From: an uncultured Thermococci archaeon
Lineage (GTDB): Archaea > CAYQAE01 > CAYVLA01
NCBI GenBank assembly: GCA_964549615.1
Contig: CAZJVP010000086.1
Span: 1-28,896 of the forward strand
Direction: 5' to 3'
Length of the DNA stretch: 28,896 bases
Below, in pieces: positions 1 to 9,057 of this stretch. The translations under genes and the position numbers were made by a program. Under the pieces are notes generated by a model. That model ran no database searches and was not told the DNA's origin. It was given only the letters and a program-made list of their open reading frames with translations. Each line of letters starts with the position of its first letter. Position 1 is the stretch's first letter.

Positions 1-857
1 ACGTGGTCGTCGATGAAGACGCCGTCGAAGCCGACCTCCTTGTATGCCCTCATGGCAGCGACCATGTCGGTCTGGCCGTCGTCTACGAAGGTCTCGTGGA
101 ACTTGTTCCGGGTGCCTATCACGTTCCGGAAGTGGACGTAGAAGATCTTCTTCCTTGAGCCGAAGTACCTTATGGCCTCGACCACATCGGCGCCCATTTC
201 GCTGAAGGTTCCTTGGCAGAACTCTATCCCGCTGTAGTCGCTCGGGACGATCTCGATCATCCTCTTGAAGGCATCGACGCTGCGGAAGATCCTGGCTATG
301 CCCGCAAGGGAGGGAACGGGCGGGTCATCAGGGTGGAGGGCCATCCTCACGCCCGCCTGCTCGGCCGTTGGGATGACGTTTTTGAGGAAGTAGGTGAAGT
401 TGTCCCACATCTGACGGTCGTTGAGCCTGCCCATCGATGTTACGGGGGCATTCCTTGCCAGCCTGTAGTCGAAGCTGCTAACGCGGGCGCCACCCCTCCA
501 CGGGGTGTCGGTGCAGGTCCTCCATACGCCGGTGGGGCAAAAATGGTAGCCTAGGATCGGTATGCCCGCCCTGCCCATGTTCTCCAACGTCCGGCAGAAG
601 TTCTCGATCTCCTCGTCCCGTCCTGGCTGGCCGAGCATTGCCTTAAGGTACCACGTGTGGGGTATGTTCTCGATCGCGGCGAGGTTCAGGCCGGCAGATT
701 CGACGCGGGTTCGCAACATCAGTAGCGGCGTAAATTCCCAGTAACCGTCCCCGGGGAGCGGGGGCGTGTGTACCACCAGGTCGGTGGCTCCGAACTGCTT
801 GGCGAAGACGAGCTTCTCTTCGGTGACCTCATGGATCGCTCCGTAAGCAAGCCTCAT
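1..857 (-). CDS. uxuA: Mannonate dehydratase (UxuA family), 3' end runs off the window
   Basis: Not in the ORF track; translated by hand from ATG at 857: MRLAYGAIHEVTEEKLVFAKQFGATDLVVH...LRTRVESAGLNLAAIEN...KIFYVHFRNVIGTRNKFHETFVDDGQTDMVAAMRAYKEVGFDGVFIDDH. These match UxuA motifs (HFRN, FxETF.DDG..DM, DH). Confidence 0.88.
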   Translation of the reverse strand, partial: MRLAYGAIHEVTEEKLVFAKQFGATDLVVHTPPLPGDGYWEFTPLLMLRTRVESAGLNLAAIENIPHTWYLKAMLGQPGRDEEIENFCRTLENMGRAGIPILGYHFCPTGVWRTCTDTPWRGGARVSSFDYRLARNAPVTSMGRLNDRQMWDNFTYFLKNVIPTAEQAGVRMALHPDDPPVPSLAGIARIFRSVDAFKRMIEIVPSDYSGIEFCQGTFSEMGADVVEAIRYFGSRKKIFYVHFRNVIGTRNKFHETFVDDGQTDMVAAMRAYKEVGFDGVFIDDH

Positions 858-892
858 GAACAGCCTCGACGGCTTGGATGGGCGCACGCTTT

Positions 893-906
893 CTTAAAGC
901 GTTTTG
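893..906 (-). promoter_or_regulatory. Putative archaeal BRE/TATA element for uxuA
   Basis: Minus strand reads CAAAACGC-TTTAAG, 36 nt upstream of the ATG. The same TTTAAG occurs at similar spacing upstream of the PfkB and nfeD genes. Confidence 0.55.
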
Positions 907-1234
907 GCGATCGACGCGCGACAGATGCTGCCCGCCGGCCTGGCCGAATGCTCGCGCCGAGGCTGTGGGGGCTGAGGAGCCTTGTTCTGGTGGGCATACT
1001 GCACCGCCGTAATCGAGCCGGGGGTCCAAGGTTATGACCAAGATCCGAGCAACACCAAGGTCTGGATAGATGACATACCCGGCGCCAACTTCTAGTTCCA
1101 GATACCATGCAATTCCAAAATACATAATGGTCTAGAAATCCCGTAGTAACCAAGCAGCTTGATCTCGCTTCTGACTCGGGCAAAGAAAGGTCGTGGGTGC
1201 GCGGTAGGCCAAGGAGGCCCCGGAGGCCAGAGAC

Positions 1235-1633
1235 TTGCTGGGTAGTGGTTCTCACTTATCGCAATGGCATATCGCTGCAGCAGGCATGACCGCTGCAGCA
1301 GGCATGACCCTTCTGGTACTGCGTTCAGCCCAAAGTCGAGGGTTGGAGGAGCCTGGGCAAGAAGGTTCCTTTTGCCTGGTGGATAGGATCGGGGAAGGAC
1401 TGGTCACGGGCCTGGATTTCTCGCCCGACGGCAAGCTTATCGCTGCATCCGGCCAGGGCCTTGCGGTGTACAGCTCGCGAACAGGGGAGAGGATCGTATA
1501 TCTCTCCCAACCTTGGGTTCATGAGGTGGCGTGGTCGCCCAGAGGCGACCTGATTGCCATAGCTTGTAGGGAGAACGAGACCGACCAATGCGGACATTCT
1601 CCTTCTCCGATAAGCTGGAGCCGCTCCTTGTAG
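1235..1633 (+). pseudogene. Truncated WD40/beta-propeller protein with a signal-like N-terminus (about 2 repeats only)
   Basis: VTGLDFSPDGKLIAAS and VHEVAWSPRGDLIAIA are typical WD40-like repeat cores. The ORF ends after two blades, too few for a propeller. Confidence 0.6.
1273..1308 (+). repeat. Perfect 18-bp tandem duplication (CGCTGCAGCAGGCATGAC x2)
   Basis: Read directly from the sequence; encodes AAAGMT twice in the WD40 fragment. Confidence 0.95.
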
Positions 1634-1741
1634 GCTGAGCGCACTTGCGACAGAAAGCGATCGCTCTTTACGATCGCGATCACGGATGGATGGCGCGGAT
1701 CGTACCTAGTTATTTTATGGAACGCTGGCCTATACTTACTC

Positions 1742-2470
1742 ATGCCTACCAATCCTGACAAGGTCGAATCTGCCATCGTCGAGATCCTCCGCCGCGCGAA
1801 GCGGAGGCGGTTCAACGAGCTCCTTGAAGGCCTACAGGAGATGGGCTTGGAAGTGAGCCGCCCCAAGCTTTCAAGGCGTCTCAAGAAACTGGTCGAGGCG
1901 AACGTTATAGGGAAGAGCGTGATTCCTGGCTGGCCGCCCTCGTCATATTATTGGTTGACAAGTGAGAGGGTCGAGGAGACGGCTTCATCATCCAAGCCTA
2001 CTGTTCGCCCATATAAGACTTGTGGGAGGGCTCATTGGGTTGCTGCAGGATTTCTCGGCATGGGGCTATTGATCTCGCTGGTTGGGCTCTTGTCGGCGAG
2101 CCAAAGGTGCAGTTCTCTCCAAGCAGATCTCCGCTCCAAAGAAGTTGAACTGGTTCGTCTGAGCAACGAGTTGGCAGCCACAAGAGCGACTCTTAGGCAG
2201 GTGGAGCTGAAACTCTCTTCGGAGGGAACAGCTAACCGGGCTTTTTCCGGCGAGCAGAACCTGCTAGCGGCAGGCGAGGAAAGTCCGGACAGCCTCGAGG
2301 AACTTTGTCGGAAACCCGTGAGTACGGTCATCATCAAACTTCCCGACGGACGCTTTGAGAGTCGTGCAATATTCGAAGATGGTTCTTGGGGATGGTTCGT
2401 ATTTGGCGACCCCCCCGCACCAGATTATGGAAGACTCCAAGTGAGCGTAGATGGAGGCGATAGGAGGTGA
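1742..2470 (+). CDS. Membrane-anchored winged-helix (HxlR-like) protein: wHTH, single TM helix, coiled coil, C-terminal domain
   Basis: N-terminal RRFNELLEGL...SRPKLSRRLKKLVEANVIGKSVIPGWPPSSYYWLT fits the HxlR pattern. It is followed by hydrophobic WVAAGFLGMGLLISLVGLLSA and a heptad-like segment LQADLRSKEVELVRLSNELAATRATLRQVELKL. TTTTAT at 1713-1718 suggests a leaderless start. Confidence 0.75.
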   Translation: MPTNPDKVESAIVEILRRAKRRRFNELLEGLQEMGLEVSRPKLSRRLKKLVEANVIGKSVIPGWPPSSYYWLTSERVEETASSSKPTVRPYKTCGRAHWVAAGFLGMGLLISLVGLLSASQRCSSLQADLRSKEVELVRLSNELAATRATLRQVELKLSSEGTANRAFSGEQNLLAAGEESPDSLEELCRKPVSTVIIKLPDGRFESRAIFEDGSWGWFVFGDPPAPDYGRLQVSVDGGDRR

Positions 2471-2474
2471 CAAG

Positions 2475-3176
2475 ATGAGAGAAGCTATTCCGGCGGTACT
2501 ATTTGCCCTTTTCCTTGTGTCACTGGCAGCCACAGTTCCGGCAGAGAGAACTGGAACTCAGTTCGGGTTCACCCCCATATGGAGGGATGAACCACTTGAA
2601 ATGCCAGTTTTCCCATTAGGTCGGACGACATGGTGGTTTCCCACGGATATGAACATTGGGGACGGGGGTTCGTATAGCAAGGATTCGAGCGAGATTGGGC
2701 ATGACTCCAAGAAAACCACCTCGAAGAAGGCAGAGATCTACGCTTGGGCATGGAGTCAGGATGGGGTGTGGGACTCGTCGTGGGCAGATGTTGCCATGTG
2801 GAGGGACTTCACGGTGTACTACACAACGACGGTAGAATTTGAGATAATATTCGATCTCGATACCAGCCTCTCGTATGAGGAATCCGGAGCTGTGCAGTAC
2901 GCCAACTCGTATCTGATAGTGACGGATCTCACGACGGGAGCACAGGTAGGCTCAGGTTACAGTCGATGGGATAATCCGGGCGGAGACCCGCAGCCCAGGG
3001 TGCTGAATGCATGTGGTTATCACGGTTGGTTCGATTCGGTAGCTGGACATTCCTATAGAATCTGGATGAAGTTCAAATGGGTGTCGCAGAGCAATTCGGA
3101 CGCCGCCGCCGAAGGGAATTCCTGGGGCGATCCAGCATACGTGGAGTGGGCGTACTGCTGGATTGATGTGCCGTAG
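2475..3176 (+). CDS. Secreted Trp/Tyr/Ser/Asp-rich hypothetical protein (233 aa), probably beta-rich
   Basis: Start moved to ATG 2475, which follows GGAGGTGA overlapping the upstream stop. Signal peptide MREAIPAVLFALFLVSLAATVPA. No family recognised. Confidence 0.75.
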   Translation: MREAIPAVLFALFLVSLAATVPAERTGTQFGFTPIWRDEPLEMPVFPLGRTTWWFPTDMNIGDGGSYSKDSSEIGHDSKKTTSKKAEIYAWAWSQDGVWDSSWADVAMWRDFTVYYTTTVEFEIIFDLDTSLSYEESGAVQYANSYLIVTDLTTGAQVGSGYSRWDNPGGDPQPRVLNACGYHGWFDSVAGHSYRIWMKFKWVSQSNSDAAAEGNSWGDPAYVEWAYCWIDVP

Positions 3177-3835
3177 GGCGGGCGGGTTGGACTCGATCGC
3201 AGGGTTTCGGCCCGGGAGAACGTTCTGGGCCGCGAGTGAGGATGATTGACGGCTGTCTCCCGTTTGTTGCAGCCTCCCTCGAGCTTTGGGACCGGATTGA
3301 ACCAAGTGCATGGGAACTCATGATCCTTAGGGCGGGTTACCCACACACCTTTCGCAAAAGCAAGACTTGAGAGGGAAAAAGAGACGCGCCCAACGGCATA
3401 ACCCGAGATCCACACCCAGCACGGGGCCAGTGTTGCAGCGGATCGGGTCTCTTCCTCGACACAGACCGAAACAAACTATCTGCGAGCCTTCTCCGATACC
3501 GTGGCGAAGAGAATATGCACACCGCAGGCGCTGCAGACACCGTGGACAACGTGGATATCGTCTGTTTGGGTCGGCATATATCGTTCATCTTTGCTTGAAA
3601 CCGTCTCGTCAACCCCTTGTTGTTGGGGCTTGTCGAGACCGGTGGCTGTGCCAGCGATTATGCCCAATAGACAGTCATATGTGGTACCTTGTAGGCACAA
3701 GCGGCACTGAGTCTGCCTAATGTTGCAGATCGAGGAAATCGGAGGAGTTGGACCGCGAAGAGCAAGGGCGACTCGCCTTTTGGGCGAGGGTCAAAGCGGA
3801 TCTCAGAAAGCTTTAGAAGGAAGAGACTTCATCCG

Positions 3836-6241
3836 GTGGGCCTCGGAGGAGATCGGACGAGTCCCCGTGCGAGAATCGTTAAGAACACGGCATACGTGGT
3901 AGTCCTGCTCGCTTGGGGCTCGGCGACCATGGGGCTGACGGGGATCCAGGAACCATGGGACTCAATCCTGAGCAATCCCTCCTTCTATGAGACGAACCCG
4001 CTCGACTACCTGTGGGTCGTCAACACGGTCAGCCCCGACAGGATCCCCGTCGTCGCAATGCCGCCGGAGCTGTTCAGCAGGTACGGGGACAAGGTCATCG
4101 GAAGCTTCCAGAGGCTCGTCCACGCGAGCCCCGACTACATGGAGTGGCTCCGAGCCAACTACGGAGTCAACGAGCAACAATGCTTGGACTCAGGGGATCC
4201 CCACCAGCCTTTCGCGCCGGCGAACTTCTTCGTCGTGCCCACCGAGCACAGGATAGAGTGGCACTGGCTCTTGAGCAGCAGGGCGATCGACCTCGGGGCA
4301 AGGCAGGTCATGTACGAGGAGCCCGAGTTCTGGCACGGCACGGGGTACAGCGAAGTGATGAAGCGTAAATACTGGGAGATGTACGGCGAGGAGGTGGCCT
4401 GGAAGGACCGTACCTGTACCTTCCTGCAGAGGTGGCGGATGGAGAGGCTGAAGGAGAAGGTGCTGGGGGATGCATATTCCGAGCTCTTCCGCAGGGTCAA
4501 GGAGAAGGATACCGGGGTGACCACCATAATCCCGATGCACGACATTGCTAGCTACCAGCTCGCCAAGATAACGTCCTGCTTCGTCCAAGCCATGAAGAAC
4601 CCGGACGCCGACGTCATACAGTCCCAGACCTGGGACTGGGCGCTTGAGTGGGCCGGTGACGAGAAGATCGCGGCCTACGTCGACCTCGCCTACTGGGTTT
4701 TCAGCTCCAAGTTCCGCAAAGATCTCGAGCTTTGGCTGTTGACAGACCCCGTCGATGACCCGCTCAACGTTGAGGTGCAGAACCTCAGGGACTACAGGGC
4801 GGCGGTCGATGCCGGCATCCTCCTCGGCTTCTACACCCATCACATACCCTGGCCGGCGAGCCGCATCGGCGCCATACGAAGCTCGGGTTGGACCCGCTAT
4901 GAGCAGGAGGTCACCCAGAACTTCAGGATCCATCGCTCCGGCCTGAAGTTCGGAGACTCAAGGCTGGCGCCGCAGTCCTGTCCCAAGCTTGGCTTCCTCT
5001 ACTCCCAGGCCAGGAACTATGTCACCTATGCGAGCAAGGAGACGCCGGGGCGCGACCCGCTCAGGGACGTCACGAGGTACTTCGCTGAGGATCTCCTCAG
5101 GCGCGGGCAGGAGTTCCAGGTCCTGGAGACCGAGCTCATCGATCAGCCGGGCACCCTGGATGGGCTCGCCGTCATCGTGGCGGACGGGGAGGCGGGCGGA
5201 TTCATCCCCACCAGGTCGTGTGCGGATGCCTTGGTTGAGTGGATTCGATCGGGCGGCATAGTCCTGTGGCTCGGGCATCTAGGAAGCTTCCATGGTGTGC
5301 CTGAGTACTCCTCATCATCCCTTGACTACGTGGCGGACAGGCTCGGGGTACAGCTTTCCGATGTGCGGGTGACACACCCAGGGGCGGTTAAGATCGAGCT
5401 TGAGAAGGAGGGTGGCGAGTTCCAGCTGCCGAGCGGGATCTACCTGACGGAGCCCGTCAGCTTCGTCGATGTGACGGGGGCCCAGATCCTGTACCGGCTG
5501 CCCGGTGGCAGGGTCTTTGCTTGGTCCAAAGGCTTCGGGAAGGGGAGGTTGGTCTACTTCGGATACCCCATGGCGGAGATGCGCTACAGGCCCACCGAGC
5601 ATTGGACGATCATCAGGAAGCTGCTCTCGGACCAGGGGGTCGTGCCAAGCGAGGACGGGCTCGTTCGGTTCCAAAGGACGGTCAATCAACTTGAAGACTA
5701 CGAGGTCATATGGCTGGCGCAGAAGACCGGTTCGACGAACGCAAGGATAGTCACGAGGAGCTGGGATTCGGACGCAGAAGAGGTCTTCTATGCGACGGTC
5801 AAAGCTGGCAAGGATCTGGTCGTCATGAAGACGCCTTACTTCTCGGCGTTCTCCGAGGATGCCATTCCCGTCAACACAACTTACCGGGGGAAAGTGGTCG
5901 AGATCCTGCTCGAATCAAGGGGCCGGTCTTGGACCATTGGGTCCGACGCCCCCGGGCCGGAGGCAGCTTACATCTATCTTCCCGTGCCCGAGAAGGTGGA
6001 GAAGCTGCTCATCTCGGGGGCGCAGATCGGGCCCGCTAAGATCGTCAAGGTCGATCTTCCTGAATACACCACCCGTGTCCAGATCCACTTCAAGGAAGAG
6101 TTGCCGCGCATCCCGGGTGGCACCGGACAACCGATCGGCGAAGGCCTGTCAGTGGGCATGTCCATACTGAGCGCGGGGCTCCTCGGCCTGCGCGATCGGC
6201 AGGAAAGGCAGGCTGTTGGGCGCCTTTCTACCCGGGCTTGA
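3836..6241 (+). CDS. Large secreted glycoside-hydrolase-like protein (TIM-barrel-like region, GH42-trimerisation/GATase-like domain, C-terminal hydrophobic anchor)
   Basis: Signal-like N-terminus, a YEEPEFWHGTGYSE segment, a GATase-like region (LDGLAVIVADG...ALVEWIRSGGIVLW...FGKGRLVYFG) and the tail PIGEGLSVGMSILSAGLLGLRDR. The ORF itself is solid; the family call is an inference. Confidence 0.6.
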   Translation: MGLGGDRTSPRARIVKNTAYVVVLLAWGSATMGLTGIQEPWDSILSNPSFYETNPLDYLWVVNTVSPDRIPVVAMPPELFSRYGDKVIGSFQRLVHASPDYMEWLRANYGVNEQQCLDSGDPHQPFAPANFFVVPTEHRIEWHWLLSSRAIDLGARQVMYEEPEFWHGTGYSEVMKRKYWEMYGEEVAWKDRTCTFLQRWRMERLKEKVLGDAYSELFRRVKEKDTGVTTIIPMHDIASYQLAKITSCFVQAMKNPDADVIQSQTWDWALEWAGDEKIAAYVDLAYWVFSSKFRKDLELWLLTDPVDDPLNVEVQNLRDYRAAVDAGILLGFYTHHIPWPASRIGAIRSSGWTRYEQEVTQNFRIHRSGLKFGDSRLAPQSCPKLGFLYSQARNYVTYASKETPGRDPLRDVTRYFAEDLLRRGQEFQVLETELIDQPGTLDGLAVIVADGEAGGFIPTRSCADALVEWIRSGGIVLWLGHLGSFHGVPEYSSSSLDYVADRLGVQLSDVRVTHPGAVKIELEKEGGEFQLPSGIYLTEPVSFVDVTGAQILYRLPGGRVFAWSKGFGKGRLVYFGYPMAEMRYRPTEHWTIIRKLLSDQGVVPSEDGLVRFQRTVNQLEDYEVIWLAQKTGSTNARIVTRSWDSDAEEVFYATVKAGKDLVVMKTPYFSAFSEDAIPVNTTYRGKVVEILLESRGRSWTIGSDAPGPEAAYIYLPVPEKVEKLLISGAQIGPAKIVKVDLPEYTTRVQIHFKEELPRIPGGTGQPIGEGLSVGMSILSAGLLGLRDRQERQAVGRLSTRA

Positions 6242-6327
6242 GCGAACCGGGCCGTGATGTTAGAGTTATCAGGGGCGCCGTTTCCTGTGGGTGCCACGAT
6301 TCGGTAAGGCCGGCGAGGGAAGTTTCA

Positions 6328-7299
6328 ATGTCTGAGGAAGGTGACGCGGGGCCCGTTGCGATCGAGCTTGAGAACCTCTGCAAGACGTTCCCGGGAGGGG
6401 TTCGAGCCGTCGACGGGCTCAGCCTCAAGATCAAGAGGGGCGAGCTCTTCGGGTTCCTCGGTCCCAACGGTGCTGGAAAGACCACGTCCATAAGGATGAT
6501 GGTGGGCCTTCTGAAGCCCACATCGGGCAGGGTGACTGTCGAGGGGCGGCCGATAGAGAAGGCCCCGAGGGAGCTGCGCGCGAAGATAGGGGTCTGCCCC
6601 CAAGAGATCGTGGTGTGGAACCTCCTGACGTGCAAGGAGAACCTTACCCTGATCGGGGCCATGTACGACCTGCCCGCCGGCGAGGCGAAGAAGAGGGCGG
6701 ATGCCCTTCTTGCCGCGATGCAGCTGACCGACAAGGCTGATGCCCTGGCCAACACCCTTTCGGGCGGCATGAAGCGTCGTTTGAACGTGGCGATGGCCCT
6801 CGTGCACGACCCCGACATAGTCGTCTTGGACGAGCCCACCGCAGGGCTGGATCCGCAGTCCAGGTTGGTCGTGACCGAGTACATAGACGGCCTGAGGAAG
6901 GGCAAGGAGAAGACGATAATCCTGACGACGCACATGATGGATATCGCCGACCAGTTCAGCGACCGCGTCGCCATCATCGACCACGGCAAGCTCTTGCAGC
7001 TGGACACGCCGGAGAACCTCAAGGACCGGATTGGCAAGGGGGATGTTCTGGAGATCGCGCTGCTGGATCCCTCAGAAAGCGAGACCGCCATCGCAGCCCT
7101 GAAGAAGGTGGAGGGAATAAGCGAGGCGGTTCGGATTGAGCAGAAGGTGGAGGTGCGGGCGCTGGACGTAGCGGGCAAGATACCTCAGATCCTCAGGGTA
7201 CTCGATGAAGCCGGTGCGAGGGTCTCGGACCTTTCATTGAGGCGAAACACGCTGGAGGACGTGTTCATAACCCTGACGGGCAGGAGGCTGAGGGAGTGA
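6328..7299 (+). CDS. ABC-2 type exporter ATP-binding protein (DrrA-like)
   Basis: Walker A GPNGAGKTT, signature LSGGMKRR, Walker B VVLDEPTAGLDP, H-loop TTHMM and C-terminal TLEDVFITLTG. Start taken at ATG 6328. Confidence 0.95.
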   Translation: MSEEGDAGPVAIELENLCKTFPGGVRAVDGLSLKIKRGELFGFLGPNGAGKTTSIRMMVGLLKPTSGRVTVEGRPIEKAPRELRAKIGVCPQEIVVWNLLTCKENLTLIGAMYDLPAGEAKKRADALLAAMQLTDKADALANTLSGGMKRRLNVAMALVHDPDIVVLDEPTAGLDPQSRLVVTEYIDGLRKGKEKTIILTTHMMDIADQFSDRVAIIDHGKLLQLDTPENLKDRIGKGDVLEIALLDPSESETAIAALKKVEGISEAVRIEQKVEVRALDVAGKIPQILRVLDEAGARVSDLSLRRNTLEDVFITLTGRRLRE

Positions 7300-7303
7300 T
7301 CCC

Positions 7304-8602
7304 ATGAGGTTGCTTGCGATCGCGTCCAAGTCCCTGAAGGAGAGGATGAGGAACCGCAACGTCCTTGGTATACAGCTGGCCTTCCCGGCCGTCTTCATGC
7401 TCGTCTTCGGCATAGCGTTTAGCCTCGGCGGCCTCGGCAAGAACCAGCCCTACGACGTACTGATCATCAACGAGGACCGCGGGACCTTCCTCGACCACGC
7501 GGGCACCAACTTCAGCTACGGCGAGGATCTCACCGGCCTGATCCGGGGCGTTACCTTCGAAAACAGCACCCTTCCAATGTTCAAGCTCAGCAACGGCACC
7601 AAAGAGGAGTCCAGGGACATGCTTATGGATCGGAAGGTTGCCTGCGTGGTCGTCATCCCCCCGGAGTTCTCCGAGGCAATGGAGGCTTTAGCCAACGCTA
7701 CGATCCGCAGGGCCCTCACCTCCCTAGTGGGCGAGGGCGTCGTGCCGGCTTCGGAAGCGATCCTGCCGGTAAAGGGCCAGGTCGATGCCACGGTAAGGAT
7801 CGAGGGCGACTTCGGGTATATGGCCTTCGGCGCAGCCCAGGCCCTCTTGCGCGGCATCTTGGACGCCTACATCCGAGGCGTGCAAGCTCAAGCGATCGAG
7901 TCGGCATTGCGGTATTTCCCCGACGTGCCCGGCCCGGACGACCCGCAGGACCACGTGTTCACCGAGGTGGTGAGCGTGTCGGGCACAAAGATGTCGACGG
8001 CCTTCGACTACTTCGCCCCCGGCATAATGATCTTCGGGCTCCTTCTCGGGGTCATGTCCGTCGCCGAGTCGCTCGCCAAGGAGGTCGAGGAGAAGACGCT
8101 CTCGCGACTGAAGATCTCGCTCATGACCTCTTTCGATTACCTTGCAGGCTCGCTTCTTTCGTGGACGCTGTTCGGAGCATTTCAGGTCTTCATGCTGTTC
8201 GCGGTGGCGGTGGCCATCGGGTTCAACTGGGTTGGCGGCCTGGGAAGCCTGTCGGTCGCAATATTCATCGGGTGCCTCGTGGCGATCTCGAGCGTCGCGC
8301 TGGGGATGCTGATAGCCGGCTTTGCCAAGAACCAGGAGCAGGCCTCGAGCCTGGCAACCCTGATAGCAGTGCCCATGAGCTTCGTGGTCGGGGTTTTCAT
8401 CGCGTTCCCGCCCGGCCTTTTCACCGAGCTGACTGGGCTTCTCCCGTGGCGCCAGGGCTTGGTGGGGCTATTGCAATCGTTGACCTATGGGGCCAAATTT
8501 GGCAAGGTCTTGCCAAACATCGTCGCCATTGGAGTCGAGACTGCCGTCCTGTTCGCGGTGGGCCTCTTCGTTTTCTCGAGGAAGAAGATGCAGGCCGAGT
8601 GA
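7304..8602 (+). CDS. ABC-2 type exporter permease
   Basis: One N-terminal TM, a large extracytoplasmic loop, then multiple TMs; motifs FDYFAPG and EVEEKTLSRL. Starts 4 nt after the ATPase gene. Confidence 0.92.
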   Translation: MRLLAIASKSLKERMRNRNVLGIQLAFPAVFMLVFGIAFSLGGLGKNQPYDVLIINEDRGTFLDHAGTNFSYGEDLTGLIRGVTFENSTLPMFKLSNGTKEESRDMLMDRKVACVVVIPPEFSEAMEALANATIRRALTSLVGEGVVPASEAILPVKGQVDATVRIEGDFGYMAFGAAQALLRGILDAYIRGVQAQAIESALRYFPDVPGPDDPQDHVFTEVVSVSGTKMSTAFDYFAPGIMIFGLLLGVMSVAESLAKEVEEKTLSRLKISLMTSFDYLAGSLLSWTLFGAFQVFMLFAVAVAIGFNWVGGLGSLSVAIFIGCLVAISSVALGMLIAGFAKNQEQASSLATLIAVPMSFVVGVFIAFPPGLFTELTGLLPWRQGLVGLLQSLTYGAKFGKVLPNIVAIGVETAVLFAVGLFVFSRKKMQAE

Positions 8603-8699
8603 GGTCGGTCACGAAAAGCAAGCGTAAGCTCCTATCCGTCAAGAGACCATGTGCCAAACTTCCGCCCCGAAGCAAGCTCACTGGCGGCAAGACGCGGGC

Positions 8700-9057
8700 C
8701 TAGAGCAGATCTTCCGCGGTCTTGCGGTGTATCCAGTCGACCGAGTCGAAGTGGGCGTCGTAGGAGACTATGGTGTCCCACGACAGTGCCCTCAGTGCCT
8801 GGACGGCCAAAGCGTCATCGAAATCGAGGCCATAGTCCCTCATGGCCATGGTTGCCTTTATCCTGTCGTCGAAAGATGGATATCTCCCTCCAGCCCTTCC
8901 CGTAGCTCTCCATGACGAGTACGATCGAGTCGACATGAAAGTCGGTCACCCCCGCGTCGATCTTGCCGTCTCTCGGTCTTTCGAGGATGGTCTTGCACGC
9001 CCATCCGTGTTCCTGAGCCAGGGCCGCTTCCAGGAAGATGTTGGCGTCAAGGAGCAT
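8700..9057 (-). pseudogene. vapC: Frameshifted PIN-domain toxin (VapC)
   Basis: The N-half MLLDANIFLE...TDFHVDS...EISIF and the C-half DDRIKATMAMRDYGLDFDDALAVQ...IVSYDAHFD lie in different frames. The span is 358 nt (3n+1), with the junction near 8870. Confidence 0.85.

Noticed and set aside
213-1255. Track ORFs 213-554, 562-744, 768-1037, 829-1125 and 854-1255
   Set aside because: Antisense shadows of uxuA or frames with no recognisable motif.
3177-3835. Several short ORFs (for example 3476-3700 with CSAC, and 3367-3720) and a GC hairpin near 3209-3231
   Set aside because: No family motif, convincing start signal or recognisable RNA fold; a single CxxC is not enough.
6228-7178. 316-aa minus-strand ORF
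   Set aside because: Typical antisense shadow of an ABC ATPase gene.
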